Shown here: piece after piece, positions 9,559-19,806 of the stretch
Layout: each line of letters begins with the position of its first letter
Numbering within the stretch: position 1 is the stretch's first letter
DNA from: Bacteriovoracaceae bacterium
Lineage (GTDB): Bacteria > Bdellovibrionota > Bacteriovoracia > Bacteriovoracales > Bacteriovoracaceae
NCBI GenBank assembly: GCA_018649885.1
Contig: JABIHA010000085.1
Span: 1 to 36,743 of the forward strand
Direction of reading: 5' to 3'
Length of the DNA stretch: 36,743 bases
Notes under the pieces: model-generated
Databases searched by the model: none
Seen by the model: only the letters and a program-made list of their open reading frames with translations
Told to the model about the DNA's origin: nothing
Made by a program: the position numbers and the translations under genes

Positions 9559-9867
9559 ATGAGCTGCAGTATCTCTTACCATGGAGTTGATCATTCACAG
9601 GCCTTAGATTTGTTCATAAAGGATCATGTGGAGAAGATCGAAGAAAAAGTTAATGGTCGAGTGAAGCTTGAGTGGGTCGTTGGGATGGAAAAAGATGTCT
9701 ATATCGTTTCTTTAAATCTCTGGGCGAAACAGAATTTTATTAGACTCTCACAAAAGTCCCATGAAGTTCATAAGGCGATTGCCAAGGCTTCGGAAATGGC
9801 CCAAAGAGAATTAAGAAAAATGAAGAATAAGAAGATTAAACAACTTGTCAGGACGCATGCCCTGTAA
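9559..9867 (+). CDS. hpf: Ribosome hibernation factor HPF/RaiA-like protein
   Basis: ISYHGVDHSQALDLFIKDHVEK start and AIAKASEMAQRELRKMKNK helix; 102 aa; AAGGAG RBS. Confidence 0.7.
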   Translation: MSCSISYHGVDHSQALDLFIKDHVEKIEEKVNGRVKLEWVVGMEKDVYIVSLNLWAKQNFIRLSQKSHEVHKAIAKASEMAQRELRKMKNKKIKQLVRTHAL

Positions 9868-9919
9868 CGCGAAGCGGTTTTGATTACAAGAGGCCTCTGC
9901 TAGTTTTACGCAACTTAAA

Positions 9920-10759
9920 ATGCATAAATTAGAGGAGGCCCCTTTGAAGGATATCCAATTTAGTGATCTGGACTATCACTCATGTGAGTTTGAACACCTA
10001 TACGGCGAGAAAATCCACCTCATAAAAAATCCCTATCTTTTATCCCTACTAACTAAATTTTCAATGCCTTTTATGGTTCAGCCAATACTTAATATGGTGG
10101 TTAAAGAACTCTACACAGGCCTTGTCAACGAAGCTGTAAATAATCATTTTGAAAGAGAACAAATATGCGTTGATACCCGCATGAAACCACTAAATCCCAA
10201 TGGACAATTTAGTGGCGAAGTTATTAAAAATGACCAAAGGGTTGTAACAGTTAATTTGGCCAGGTCCGGGACTTTTCCCAGTCACTTATGTTTTGAGCAA
10301 CTCAGTTTGCTTTTAAATCCTGAGTTTGTAAGACAAGACCACTTTTATTTAAATAGAAAAACCAATGATAATGGAGAGGTCATAGGGGTTGATGCCTCTG
10401 GATCTAAAATTGGTGGTGATGTGGAAGATGCAATCGTTTTGTTTCCAGACCCTATGGGAGCAACTGGCGGTAGCTTATGTCACGTTGTTGATTATTACAA
10501 AAATCAGGTGGAGGGAAAGGCCAAAAAAATTATTTCTCTTAATCTTATAGTTACACCGGAATTTGTGAGAAAACTCTCAAGTGAGCATCCTGATGTTGAA
10601 ATATATGCCCTTAGAATGGATAGAGGTTTGTCTGATAAAAAGGCCTTAGCTTCAATTCCAGGAAAACATCCTGAGCTTGAAAGTGGTCTTAATGAGATTC
10701 AATATATAGTTCCTGGTGCTGGTGGTGTAGGGGAAATTCTAAACAATTCCTATGTCTAA
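9920..10759 (+). CDS. upp: Uracil phosphoribosyltransferase
   Basis: LARSG, PRPP loop VLFPDPMGATGGS, C-terminal LNEIQYIVPGAG. Confidence 0.85.
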   Translation: MHKLEEAPLKDIQFSDLDYHSCEFEHLYGEKIHLIKNPYLLSLLTKFSMPFMVQPILNMVVKELYTGLVNEAVNNHFEREQICVDTRMKPLNPNGQFSGEVIKNDQRVVTVNLARSGTFPSHLCFEQLSLLLNPEFVRQDHFYLNRKTNDNGEVIGVDASGSKIGGDVEDAIVLFPDPMGATGGSLCHVVDYYKNQVEGKAKKIISLNLIVTPEFVRKLSSEHPDVEIYALRMDRGLSDKKALASIPGKHPELESGLNEIQYIVPGAGGVGEILNNSYV

Positions 10760-10763
10760 ATAA

Positions 10764-11618
10764 CTACTGAAGAATTCTGAGATCGCTTCTTTGGATAATG
10801 TATTTGGTATGGCAATAATCACACTCGGTCTCAATTTCACTTTGATTTTTATCAAAAAGAGTATCAGGATTTTGGTTATTTAAAGACATTATACCTAGAA
10901 TCATTTTTTCTTTACTGCATGGACAGAAGAACTTCACCTTTTTCTTGTTAATCATTGTAAAGCCTTCGCTTTCAAAGGCCTTCAAAATTTCATCGTTATC
11001 TGTGAGGCCTTCTTTAAATAGATCTGTCAGAAATTTCTTCTTTTGTAAGTAATAGGCATTGATACTGGGCCTTTCTTTTAGCTCATTTTTATTAACATTT
11101 ATGGGAGGAAGCCTGGTTATCATAACTGATTGATCAGATTCAGTGGCGAGGTAGACACTACTATCAACTTGGTAAGAGTGAGAAAGTACATGGTTAACAA
11201 CTTCAAGCACACTCATGCCACTAACTTCTATTATAGAAGTATAGGGCTTTAAATGTGTGCCTGGAAAAATTTTAGTAAGCCTGCCTTTTCCTAGAAGTGT
11301 TTTGGGGATTTCGTCGAGGGATTTTGGTAGCAGCAGAAATCTGGTAAGACCATTGGCGCCTGTTTCAAGCTTAAACCTAAAATAGGGCTCTTCATTATCA
11401 ATATATAAGCCTACTGATTCACCAGCTTTTAAAAAGGAAATAATAGGCTGGGCACTGAGGATGCAATCTCGAAAATAGACTAGATCATATCCATGCTTTT
11501 GGTGGATTGTGGCCATATCAACAATCAGCTTTTGACCTTCCAGGAAATGAACAACAAAGTTGTCCTCTTCGTGTAGGAAACTGTATAGCTGGCTTTCGGG
11601 TATCAAGAACTCCTCCAT
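10764..11618 (-). CDS. hslO: Hsp33 redox-regulated chaperone
   Basis: C-terminal Zn motif FFCPCSKEKM...ETECDYCHTKY; size 284 aa. Confidence 0.85.
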   Translation of the reverse strand: MEEFLIPESQLYSFLHEEDNFVVHFLEGQKLIVDMATIHQKHGYDLVYFRDCILSAQPIISFLKAGESVGLYIDNEEPYFRFKLETGANGLTRFLLLPKSLDEIPKTLLGKGRLTKIFPGTHLKPYTSIIEVSGMSVLEVVNHVLSHSYQVDSSVYLATESDQSVMITRLPPINVNKNELKERPSINAYYLQKKKFLTDLFKEGLTDNDEILKAFESEGFTMINKKKVKFFCPCSKEKMILGIMSLNNQNPDTLFDKNQSEIETECDYCHTKYIIQRSDLRILQ

Positions 11619-11793
11619 TTTCTAGCACTTATAAAGTACTGGAAATAAACAAATTGTATACAGTGCAGTGCGTTACTATCTTTTGTGTTTGTCCGCTCTG
11701 GCCCAGTGAACGCTATTTTTACACGGTGCCTTAATTTTATAAAAGATTTTTGATAGCACTAGATATTAGGATTTTAGGACAGAGAGAGATTTA

Positions 11794-12585
11794 ATGAAAT
11801 TTTTGTTGAAAATGATCCCCTGGGCGATTGTGGGCTTATCTATTTTTCAAAGTACTTTGTTTGCGGCTAGCAGTATTTCGGAACAACGAACGCTAGACTT
11901 CTATGTTGACCCAAGCTCTATCGCTGTTGGCGAGGGAAAATATTCTTTTGAATATCAAAAAGCTAGTGATGTTTATGGTGATACGAGGCTTACCTTAAAT
12001 CGGTATCTAGGGCTTCTGGAAGACAGTTTGAGCGATTATGAGAGAGCACGCTCCTGGATTGTGACCTATAAGCTAGCGACTGTTATAAGTGGCAGTCTGG
12101 CCAAGCTAACAATGGATAGTTTATTAACGGTAGCGAAAGTTAAGAAATTTGGTGGGATGGTAAGCCTTAAAGAGGGGAGGTCTGTAGATCATATAAAATT
12201 ATTTTCTGGATTCAAAAAATTTCCCCTAACCTCGGGAAATACTAAAATGACTTTTTCTACCTATTTTTTCAACGTCAATAGAGGCCGATCTAATCAGGCC
12301 CAGTTTAGGAAATTTAAGTTAGGAAATGAGCACTTGGATCCTCAGTTGAAGGTGATAGTAGGCGTGAAAGGCAATAATGTTGATGAAGATGCATGGCCTT
12401 ATTTTGGCTCTTCAAATGTCTTCAAATTCTATGAGCTCTCGGGTGGAAGGGTTCTCATTATCTCAGAAATTCTTATGGCCTTGGATGGGAAGGCCTTTAG
12501 AAGCAACTTACTAACCAGAAAAACTGTCAAAAAATCTTCTATACTTGCAGCAGAGAATTTTCTTAAACTAGTAGATTTGCAATAG
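11794..12585 (+). CDS. Secreted hypothetical protein
   Basis: 263-aa ORF with signal peptide ending LFA; no family recognised. Confidence 0.8.
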   Translation: MKFLLKMIPWAIVGLSIFQSTLFAASSISEQRTLDFYVDPSSIAVGEGKYSFEYQKASDVYGDTRLTLNRYLGLLEDSLSDYERARSWIVTYKLATVISGSLAKLTMDSLLTVAKVKKFGGMVSLKEGRSVDHIKLFSGFKKFPLTSGNTKMTFSTYFFNVNRGRSNQAQFRKFKLGNEHLDPQLKVIVGVKGNNVDEDAWPYFGSSNVFKFYELSGGRVLIISEILMALDGKAFRSNLLTRKTVKKSSILAAENFLKLVDLQ

Positions 12586-12719
12586 TAGAAACCAAATATT
12601 AACTATTTAGACTCTATGCACCTTATGGAAAATGACATTTATCATGGAAAATGGACGCTTTTTTCAGGGCCTTATCCCGTATTTTTGGAGATTATAAGAT
12701 CATAAAAAAGGAGTTGAAC

Positions 12720-13163
12720 ATGAAAATCGCTATTTCCACACCGCTGGACGGAAAACCACAAGAGACATTTTTAAAGTTGAAGAATAACCCAATATTTAAA
12801 GATGCCGAAGTTCACTTTGTTCATGTTTTTAGAGTTAACTATTATTTTAATGAATTTAGTCTCTACTCTTATCCTATGGAAGATCAATTTGATGAGATTG
12901 AAAAATCTGTTGTGAAGTCACTGTCAGATCTTTCAGATAAGATTTTTTGTGGTGATGTTAAGCCAAAAGAAATTAAAACTACTTGCTTATTTCATCAAGA
13001 CACAAAAGAAAAAGTAGTTGAATTTCTCAAATCAGATAATTTTGATTTGGTGATTACTGCTACTCGTGGAAAGCATGGCATTGATGGACTCTTTTCAAGT
13101 TCTTTTACTGATCACTTGAATAAGTTTTCACCTTGTGATGTTTACGTTTTAAGACCTGTATAG
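12720..13163 (+). CDS. Universal stress protein (UspA family)
   Basis: AAGGAG RBS before ATG 12720; VHFVHV, DLVITATRGKHG, FSSSFTDHL..SPCDVYVLR. Confidence 0.9.
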   Translation: MKIAISTPLDGKPQETFLKLKNNPIFKDAEVHFVHVFRVNYYFNEFSLYSYPMEDQFDEIEKSVVKSLSDLSDKIFCGDVKPKEIKTTCLFHQDTKEKVVEFLKSDNFDLVITATRGKHGIDGLFSSSFTDHLNKFSPCDVYVLRPV

Positions 13164-13167
13164 GCTT

Positions 13168-13701
13168 TTATTCGGCTATTACAATGGTTTTTGTAAGTTG
13201 TTTATGACAATGATTGAGCACGATATCTACGCGCTCAATCTTTGGAATAATGATAAATGATTTCATGTGGACAAATATTTTTTTCACGTAGTGATCCTTC
13301 TCATTAGGCCAAAAGGCGTAGTGAGAGTTTACGGCTCTGCATATTCTTTTTTGTACTGTGAGTTTAAACTCGGGAACAGGAAGGATTGAAAATACAACGC
13401 TATCTTTTTTAACTTCGTGGATATCTATTCCGTAAGCTCTCTTTTTTTCGAGGGAGTTTAGAGGCTCTAGTTTGCCTCCATTTTCCACCATATCCCAATA
13501 GACTGTGACCGGATTTTTTTGATCAATAAATCGTTCTCTAAAGTTTAGCTCATAGATGAGGTAGTTTTTATTTTCAGATCTCTCCAGAGTAAATAAAGGC
13601 GTGTGCATTTTATTGAGCTCGATTGATGTTCTGGCGTAGAAGTTTCTAGCAAAAACGGAAGAAGAGCATAGGTAAATAAATAACAAAATTGAATACTTCA
13701 A
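13168..13701 (-). CDS. Secreted DUF4833-like protein
   Basis: Signal peptide; LF.LERS.N.N...Y, P..VYW, LN.LE...AYG pattern recalled for DUF4833. Confidence 0.65.
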   Translation of the reverse strand: MKYSILLFIYLCSSSVFARNFYARTSIELNKMHTPLFTLERSENKNYLIYELNFRERFIDQKNPVTVYWDMVENGGKLEPLNSLEKKRAYGIDIHEVKKDSVVFSILPVPEFKLTVQKRICRAVNSHYAFWPNEKDHYVKKIFVHMKSFIIIPKIERVDIVLNHCHKQLTKTIVIAE

Positions 13702-13770
13702 TTAAATACTTCCCTGTACCTTATTCTTACAATGTTATTATTTTAACTCCAATTATACTGTTCACCAAAT

Positions 13771-14256
13771 TTAATGGCATGATTTGTGAAAGTTTTCCTC
13801 TAGCTCGAGGTCCATGGCAAAGGCAAGCCGGTTGGCCATATTGAAGTAGCTGACAATGAAAACAGCATGTTGCCAGGCACTTTCATCTTGATGAATGGAG
13901 TTAAATTCTTTTTTTAATAAATGTGACTTGTGCGGCTCACTAGAGAGGGTCTGGGCCAATTTTCGGTAAATTTCCTTTTTTTCAGAGGGCAAGTCAATTT
14001 CTCCAATGTTATCGAGCGCCTTTTGATGATGTCCTATACAATATGGACATTTATTTGCCTCAGATGTGGAAACGGCCAGAAACTCTCTTTCAATTCGTTC
14101 AAGCGGGAGATTATCACCCACGATAATTTTCTGGTAGAACTCGAAATGGGCCTCCATTGCCTCAGGAAAATCTCGAAAGGCGTGGTGAATCTCCGCCACT
14201 TCTCCTCGCTCTTTTCTTATTCTATCAATGATCTTAGAAACTCGATTTTTTACCAT
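13771..14256 (-). CDS. AhpD/carboxymuconolactone decarboxylase-family peroxidase-related protein
   Basis: EREFLAVSTSEANKCPYCIGHH and SYFNMANRLA motifs; AAGGGG RBS before ATG 14256. Confidence 0.88.
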   Translation of the reverse strand: MVKNRVSKIIDRIRKERGEVAEIHHAFRDFPEAMEAHFEFYQKIIVGDNLPLERIEREFLAVSTSEANKCPYCIGHHQKALDNIGEIDLPSEKKEIYRKLAQTLSSEPHKSHLLKKEFNSIHQDESAWQHAVFIVSYFNMANRLAFAMDLELEENFHKSCH

Positions 14257-14317
14257 GCTACAACCCCTTTTTACCATTAGTGTCGGAATTTTAGAGTTTG
14301 TTACAAAATTTGAGATT

Positions 14318-15484
14318 TTATAGGCACATTTTTTCTATTAGGGCCTGGATCATATCCACGCCACTTTCAAAATGAGACAACTGGATTGATTCATTTGGCA
14401 TGTGTGCCTGAGAAAGGGATCCTGGTCCACAAATATAGCTATCTATACCTAGATCAGAAAAATGTCCCGCATCCGTCACATAGGGAGCTCCCACCACCTG
14501 ACTTTGATTGTAGTAGCTTGATAAAAATTTAAATGCCTCAGTTTGGTCACTGCTTCGAAGAGCAGGGGCAGTTAAAAGACCTTCCCAAGAGACAAGACCC
14601 TTTAAATTGAGTTTGCCGATTTCTTCCTTAATTCTAGCTATGATGGTATCAGCATTGTTTTGCAGTGTGGATCTGACCGAAACTTGAATTTCGCATCTTT
14701 CAGGGATCATATTGTCTGCGACTCCCCCGAAAATTCTCCCAATATTTATTGAACAATAAGGCCACTGTGGATAGAGATCGTGATCTAGGTTTTTTTTCTC
14801 AGAGATTAACTCGTCATTGACTTTATCGATGACATTAATTATTTTTGTCATATCTGTTATGGCATTGGTTCCGCGGTCAGGCCTTGAGCTATGCCCTGCC
14901 ACCCCAGTTGTGATCAAGTGAAAAACCCCAATACCTTTATGGGCATGAAAGACTTTGAAGTCTGTGGGCTCACCCACCAGCGCTTGTGAAGGCAATGGGC
15001 GTTCACTAAGACCCTCTTTTAATATAGGAACTAGTCTTTTGGCACCTTGGCAGCAGATTTCTTCATCACAAGTTAAAATAAAAACTAGCTGGGATTTTAA
15101 TTTTTGAAGGTTGATCTTTTTTAGGGCCACTAATGCCTGAGTAATAAATACCTTCATATCAGATGTACCGCGACCAAATAACTTGTCATCTTCTAATGTG
15201 AGTACAAGTGGGTCTCGAACCCAACCTGGTTGGTTTTCAAAGGGAACTATATCTAAATGTCCTGAAAGAATGATTCCATTGCCCCCGTTTGCAGGCCCTA
15301 TTGAGGCGACAATTTGTGCTTTATCATCACCAAACATATGGTCGCGGTAGAGGTCTACTTTGAAGCCAAACCCATCTAGGTAGTCTGCAATATATTCTGA
15401 GCAGCTTACATTTTCTTTGTTGGACACGGTGTCGTATGAAATAATTTTTTTTGAAAGATCGAATAGTCCTTTATTCACAAACAT
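14318..15484 (-). CDS. argE: Acetylornithine deacetylase-like M20 metallopeptidase
   Basis: LSGHLDIVP, GRGTSDMK, DEE, VGEPT, AHKG, GHSS, GPG...QAH.PNE. Confidence 0.85.
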   Translation of the reverse strand: MFVNKGLFDLSKKIISYDTVSNKENVSCSEYIADYLDGFGFKVDLYRDHMFGDDKAQIVASIGPANGGNGIILSGHLDIVPFENQPGWVRDPLVLTLEDDKLFGRGTSDMKVFITQALVALKKINLQKLKSQLVFILTCDEEICCQGAKRLVPILKEGLSERPLPSQALVGEPTDFKVFHAHKGIGVFHLITTGVAGHSSRPDRGTNAITDMTKIINVIDKVNDELISEKKNLDHDLYPQWPYCSINIGRIFGGVADNMIPERCEIQVSVRSTLQNNADTIIARIKEEIGKLNLKGLVSWEGLLTAPALRSSDQTEAFKFLSSYYNQSQVVGAPYVTDAGHFSDLGIDSYICGPGSLSQAHMPNESIQLSHFESGVDMIQALIEKMCL

Positions 15485-15545
15485 GCTCCCTGTCTATAAA
15501 TCTTAACAATCAAGGGGGTAAAGGTCTAATACCAACTACGCTAAA

Positions 15546-16601
15546 TTAGGGGACTAGCTCAAAGATTAGAAAAAGTGTTCTTTGCTTATCACTGAAATTA
15601 TTATCGCTGGCAATAATAAGGGTATGGTTTCCATTTTTCAAACGAGGTCCAAGACACATGGCCTCCATATTATCAAGTCTTTGATTTGCCTTAGAAAGCA
15701 TAGGGATGACTTTATCAAGGTTTAGTACTAATTTCTTGCGAAGGATATGGATCTTTTTTTTACCAAGTTTTGTTGTCTTGGAGAAATTTGTTTTAAATAC
15801 TCTGATATCATTTTTCTTGGTTTTAGGGTTCCAGCCTCTTTCCAGGGAGAGAAGAGAGTTATCATTAATAGCAAGGAGCTCTACAAGTCCTCTTCCTCCA
15901 CCCAGTGGATAAAGGGCCTGGCGATAGGGACGAAATCCATTTTTTGATTTTTTATAAACAATAATTCGTGAGAGATCATGTCCTAGCTTTTTCACGTGAG
16001 ATTGATCTTGTCTTAGGCTGTACTCTGTCGCTGTGATTAAATGTGCTTGGTTGGGAGTGATGGTTAGGCTTTCAAGGGCCATATTATTTTGCACACCTCT
16101 TTTGGCAATTTGTTTTGCTTCCATTGAAATTAAAAAATCGGGGAGTTGGTATCTTCGAGTAAAATGAAGATCACGATTGAACTCTAAAATCATAGGGCTG
16201 ACAATTGCGCCGTAGCCTTCAGAAGAAATTAAAACGTTTCCAGATTTTGTAACCGCTAACCCCTCAGGATCCAGCATCATTGCTGGAAAGGTATGATCTT
16301 TTTGTAAAAGAAGCGGGCTAAAGCTAATTGGGTCAAATTTTCCATCTTCAAGACCCAATTGAAAGTAAAAGACTCTTGGCGCAGAAGTTATCTTATCTCC
16401 GCGGCCACCTCTATCATCTGAAAGGGCCATGAAGAGTTTTTGTTTTTCTAAGTATGTGATGGCAGAGATACCACCAATCTCAGAGCCTAAAATTTCTTCT
16501 CCGGTATGAATCGTAAAATCGGATAGAAAATTAAGAGTAGTAGCACCAATATTATTTACGCAAAGCGTTGCGATGAATAGGCATAAACCAATAAATTTCA
16601 C
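15546..16601 (-). CDS. Secreted esterase-like activity of phytase family protein
   Basis: Signal peptide; GGISA, ALSDDRG, DPEGL, ISSEG, LESL, LER, DNMEAMCLGP, ASDNNFS. Confidence 0.88.
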   Translation of the reverse strand: MKFIGLCLFIATLCVNNIGATTLNFLSDFTIHTGEEILGSEIGGISAITYLEKQKLFMALSDDRGGRGDKITSAPRVFYFQLGLEDGKFDPISFSPLLLQKDHTFPAMMLDPEGLAVTKSGNVLISSEGYGAIVSPMILEFNRDLHFTRRYQLPDFLISMEAKQIAKRGVQNNMALESLTITPNQAHLITATEYSLRQDQSHVKKLGHDLSRIIVYKKSKNGFRPYRQALYPLGGGRGLVELLAINDNSLLSLERGWNPKTKKNDIRVFKTNFSKTTKLGKKKIHILRKKLVLNLDKVIPMLSKANQRLDNMEAMCLGPRLKNGNHTLIIASDNNFSDKQRTLFLIFELVP

Positions 16602-16737
16602 GATAATTTCCCCTTAGCAGTTATTAAATTGAGTAGCATTTGGGAGCTAGATTGCCCAGTTTGGAGAATTGATGATTTTAAAATTTATAAATGATTGTAA
16701 ATTATATAGACTAGGGCTTGCTTATTGGAGGTGCTGA

Positions 16738-17523
16738 GTGAGCGAAATTAGGGACCCAAGGTTTGAACTTGCATGTGCAGCTGTAAAGCGAGCTAGCGAG
16801 ATTATCTCCCCGTTATATCAAAGTGATTTAAAGATCATGGAAAAAGATAATGGGAGCGAGGTCACCAAAGCTGATAGAGACTCTGAAATCCTTATAAGGG
16901 AGATGATATCAAAAGACTTTCCTGAAGATAATGTTGTTGGAGAGGAATTTGAGAATATTGAAAACGGCGATGCTAAATTTACTTGGTCCATTGATCCTAT
17001 TGATGGCACAAGGGCCTTTTCTAAAGGAGTACCTTTCTTTGGCACCATGATTGGTCTGAAAGATGAGTCTGGGCCATTATTTGGAATGATAAATCTTCCG
17101 GCCCTTGGCGAAAGCATTTGGGGCTATAGAGGGAAAGGCGCTTTTTGGAAAAATCAAAGAGGTGAAGTTTCAAAATGTTGTATTAGTAAAGTAGACTCAG
17201 TGGAGGCAAGTGTTCTCTCGACCAGTGGTGCTGAGTACTTTAAAGACAAAAATTTAGATGACAGATTTTACGATCTTGTTCGAAAAACAAAGTTTCATAG
17301 GACGTGGGGAGATTGTTATGGTTACTCTCTACTGGCCACAGGCAGAATCGATGTCATGATTGATGGCTCACTTGAGTTTTGGGACATATTACCACTTATT
17401 CCTATTATTAGAGAGTCGGGTGGTACCATTACTGATCTAAAGGGTGAAGATCCTCTTTCGGGCTACGGTGCAATTGCCTGTCACCCAGATTTACATCAGA
17501 AAATATTGAATCATTTTATCTAA
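16738..17523 (+). CDS. hisN: Inositol monophosphatase family, histidinol-phosphate phosphatase-like
   Basis: VTKADR, GEE, WSIDPIDGTRAF, WGDCYGY.LLATG, WD; GGAGG RBS. Confidence 0.8.
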   Translation: MSEIRDPRFELACAAVKRASEIISPLYQSDLKIMEKDNGSEVTKADRDSEILIREMISKDFPEDNVVGEEFENIENGDAKFTWSIDPIDGTRAFSKGVPFFGTMIGLKDESGPLFGMINLPALGESIWGYRGKGAFWKNQRGEVSKCCISKVDSVEASVLSTSGAEYFKDKNLDDRFYDLVRKTKFHRTWGDCYGYSLLATGRIDVMIDGSLEFWDILPLIPIIRESGGTITDLKGEDPLSGYGAIACHPDLHQKILNHFI

Positions 17524-19208
17524 AGCTCTAAATCAGGTTCAAAAATAGTCTTATAAATGCTTTGAGCTTGCTGACTTTCTTTATTGTAGAGAGTTTTCGA
17601 AATATATTTTACATCACCAGATTTAGTACTCTGACTCATCAGAACAATTTCAAGCTGGGGGTCTGTTTTAAAAAGATGGGTTGCCATGTCTGTGGCCGTT
17701 AAAGTTTTAACCTTTGGGGAGCCTGGGACTGTACTCATTTTCCATTTTATATGACCGCCGTAGGCTTGATAGATGAGTTCAGTACATACAATAAGGTTTG
17801 AGGTCTCAAAGTTAAAATTGAAGTCATAGGGAGTACCAAGGTATCCGAAAGCTTTTTTTATGGCATTCATTTTATTTTCACTTGAAACACCTTTAACTCT
17901 TATTACTAATATATAATTTGAATGGCTGAGAAGAGTTTCAAATGATGTAAATGATACTCCCTCTCCTACGGCCTCTAAAATTAGTGGTGAGCTTAGGCTT
18001 CGAAAAACTGATCCCTCTTCTGTATTTTTGAACATTTTATGTATTGATTTAACATCAATGATATTTTCATAAATCAGATCTTTTGCTGAGCCAAGATAAA
18101 GAGCTCCATGAGTCCAAAACCCAGGGAGGGCGATATTGCTAATATAGCCAGTTGACCTGGTTAGAATGATATCTCCCATTTCCAAGTCAGGTGCTAATTG
18201 ATCAACTGAAATTTCTCCGAAGGTAGGGGATTTTACGATTTGAGTATTACCCCCCAATAGAGAAAGCGTCTTTTTAATTTTGTATATTGGATTTCCAATC
18301 ATTTTTTGAATTTTTCTTTTTTTAGTAATTTCTTGAAAAATTTTGGCCACTTGATCATTGGTTTTCACTTCTCCGTCAGATGTGAGGTAGTAAAGCTTTT
18401 GAATACCCTGGGCATACTTATTGACTCTTCTATTAATTTGGTAAAAGTCGTGACTTCCATAAAATGATCTTTCGAACGGGAACTGATCTATATTGTCTTG
18501 GTACCAACTAAGTCCAGAGACTAATTCTTCTAGTTTTCTTTCACCTGTTATGAGGTTTAGAGCTTTGTCGAACTCACCAGCTGGTATATTAAATGATTTA
18601 TTTTCAGAGTTTAGTTTTTCCCAAGTGTAGTCTCGGGTGGCAAAAAATGTGATTAATCTGTAGGCATTTGTAAACATTGTTAAGCCTGCACTACCGCTAA
18701 TATACATCGCCTCATTCAGTATTTTATCTCTCTCATCATCACTTGCGAAGTCTTGTGTTGGCACAAGGTGATAATTTTTTGGATGAAATACATTGTATAA
18801 AATAGAGAGTTGATGGTCTTGGTCTATATACAATTTCCATAAAGAGAGTATCACCCCTTCTTCTTTTGCATTATAACCAGTCCGCTCTATACCTAAGCTC
18901 CTTTCACGGTCGTATTTTTGTTTTAACTGAGTTATTTTGGTGTCAATTTCATCAAGCTTTGAAAAAATATCTGAAAGTCTCTTTAGGGCCCAAGTGTGCC
19001 TATCAGCAATATTTTTGATTGAATAGATAGTATCAGTGATGGATTTGCTGGAGTTGTTCTTATAGATATCCATAAGATCAAAGTCCCAAGTCATCACTGC
19101 CGTTTGAAGATCAGACCAGAAAGTCGAGTTGTCGTGCCTGGCGTGCTCTCCGGCATAGACCGAAGTAGAAAGAGAGAGTAGAAGGATATAGGAAAAAATT
19201 AATTTCAT
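17520..19208 (-). CDS. Secreted YiiX/YebB-like permuted papain (NlpC/P60) enzyme with long N-terminal domain
   Basis: Signal peptide; GDIILTR, GFWTHGALYLG, ILEA, PYDFNF, VCTELIYQAY (His before Cys). Confidence 0.85.
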   Translation of the reverse strand: MKLIFSYILLLSLSTSVYAGEHARHDNSTFWSDLQTAVMTWDFDLMDIYKNNSSKSITDTIYSIKNIADRHTWALKRLSDIFSKLDEIDTKITQLKQKYDRERSLGIERTGYNAKEEGVILSLWKLYIDQDHQLSILYNVFHPKNYHLVPTQDFASDDERDKILNEAMYISGSAGLTMFTNAYRLITFFATRDYTWEKLNSENKSFNIPAGEFDKALNLITGERKLEELVSGLSWYQDNIDQFPFERSFYGSHDFYQINRRVNKYAQGIQKLYYLTSDGEVKTNDQVAKIFQEITKKRKIQKMIGNPIYKIKKTLSLLGGNTQIVKSPTFGEISVDQLAPDLEMGDIILTRSTGYISNIALPGFWTHGALYLGSAKDLIYENIIDVKSIHKMFKNTEEGSVFRSLSSPLILEAVGEGVSFTSFETLLSHSNYILVIRVKGVSSENKMNAIKKAFGYLGTPYDFNFNFETSNLIVCTELIYQAYGGHIKWKMSTVPGSPKVKTLTATDMATHLFKTDPQLEIVLMSQSTKSGDVKYISKTLYNKESQQAQSIYKTIFEPDLEL

Positions 19209-19446
19209 TTTTACGCTCCGATATTTTGAGATAAGCGATAATAGGGCCTTTTGTAGAATTGGGTGGAATTTTGAAATATTTATTGAAAATGGCCCTCGCT
19301 TTTTGTTTCAAATTCCATGAAATTACAAGATCTTTTGATGAAAGGAGATAAGGGCGAGGAAAGCTAAACTCTTATTATAATAAGGGGGGAGTGCTCTTGA
19401 ACTTTGAGATGAAAATGTTCATAATAGGGGGAAAAGGCACCAAATA

Positions 19447-19806
19447 GTGAACAAAATTGCTCTTCTAATACCAGCATTCTTTCTTATGTCCTGCGGGACC
19501 ATGATCACAGGCGTGACTAGCCCTGTTTCAATCTCTACTCCATATACAGATCAAGGCTCAGTTAAAATTGACGGGATCGATATGGGGCGTGGTTCATTTA
19601 TTGCCAACCTTCATCGCGACCGAGACCACCAAATTGAATATATAAGTACTGATGGAGTTCAAACAAGAACAGTTACACGGCATTTCAATTGGCTGACCCT
19701 TTTTAATGTATTGAATTTTGGGGTTGGTTTTATTGTTGATTATACTAATGGTTCATTTTGGGAGCTAGATCAAGGCCAATTGTCTTTTAATAATCAAGCC
19801 AATTAA
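19447..19806 (+). CDS. Lipoprotein, hypothetical
   Basis: Lipobox FLMSC; C-terminal hydrophobic hairpin G.IVD..NG; overlaps the convergent gene by 20 bp. Confidence 0.75.
   Translation: MNKIALLIPAFFLMSCGTMITGVTSPVSISTPYTDQGSVKIDGIDMGRGSFIANLHRDRDHQIEYISTDGVQTRTVTRHFNWLTLFNVLNFGVGFIVDYTNGSFWELDQGQLSFNNQAN

Noticed and set aside
19376..19432. Repeated ATAATA(A)GGGGG motif
   Set aside because: Two short copies, one doubling as the RBS region; insufficient support
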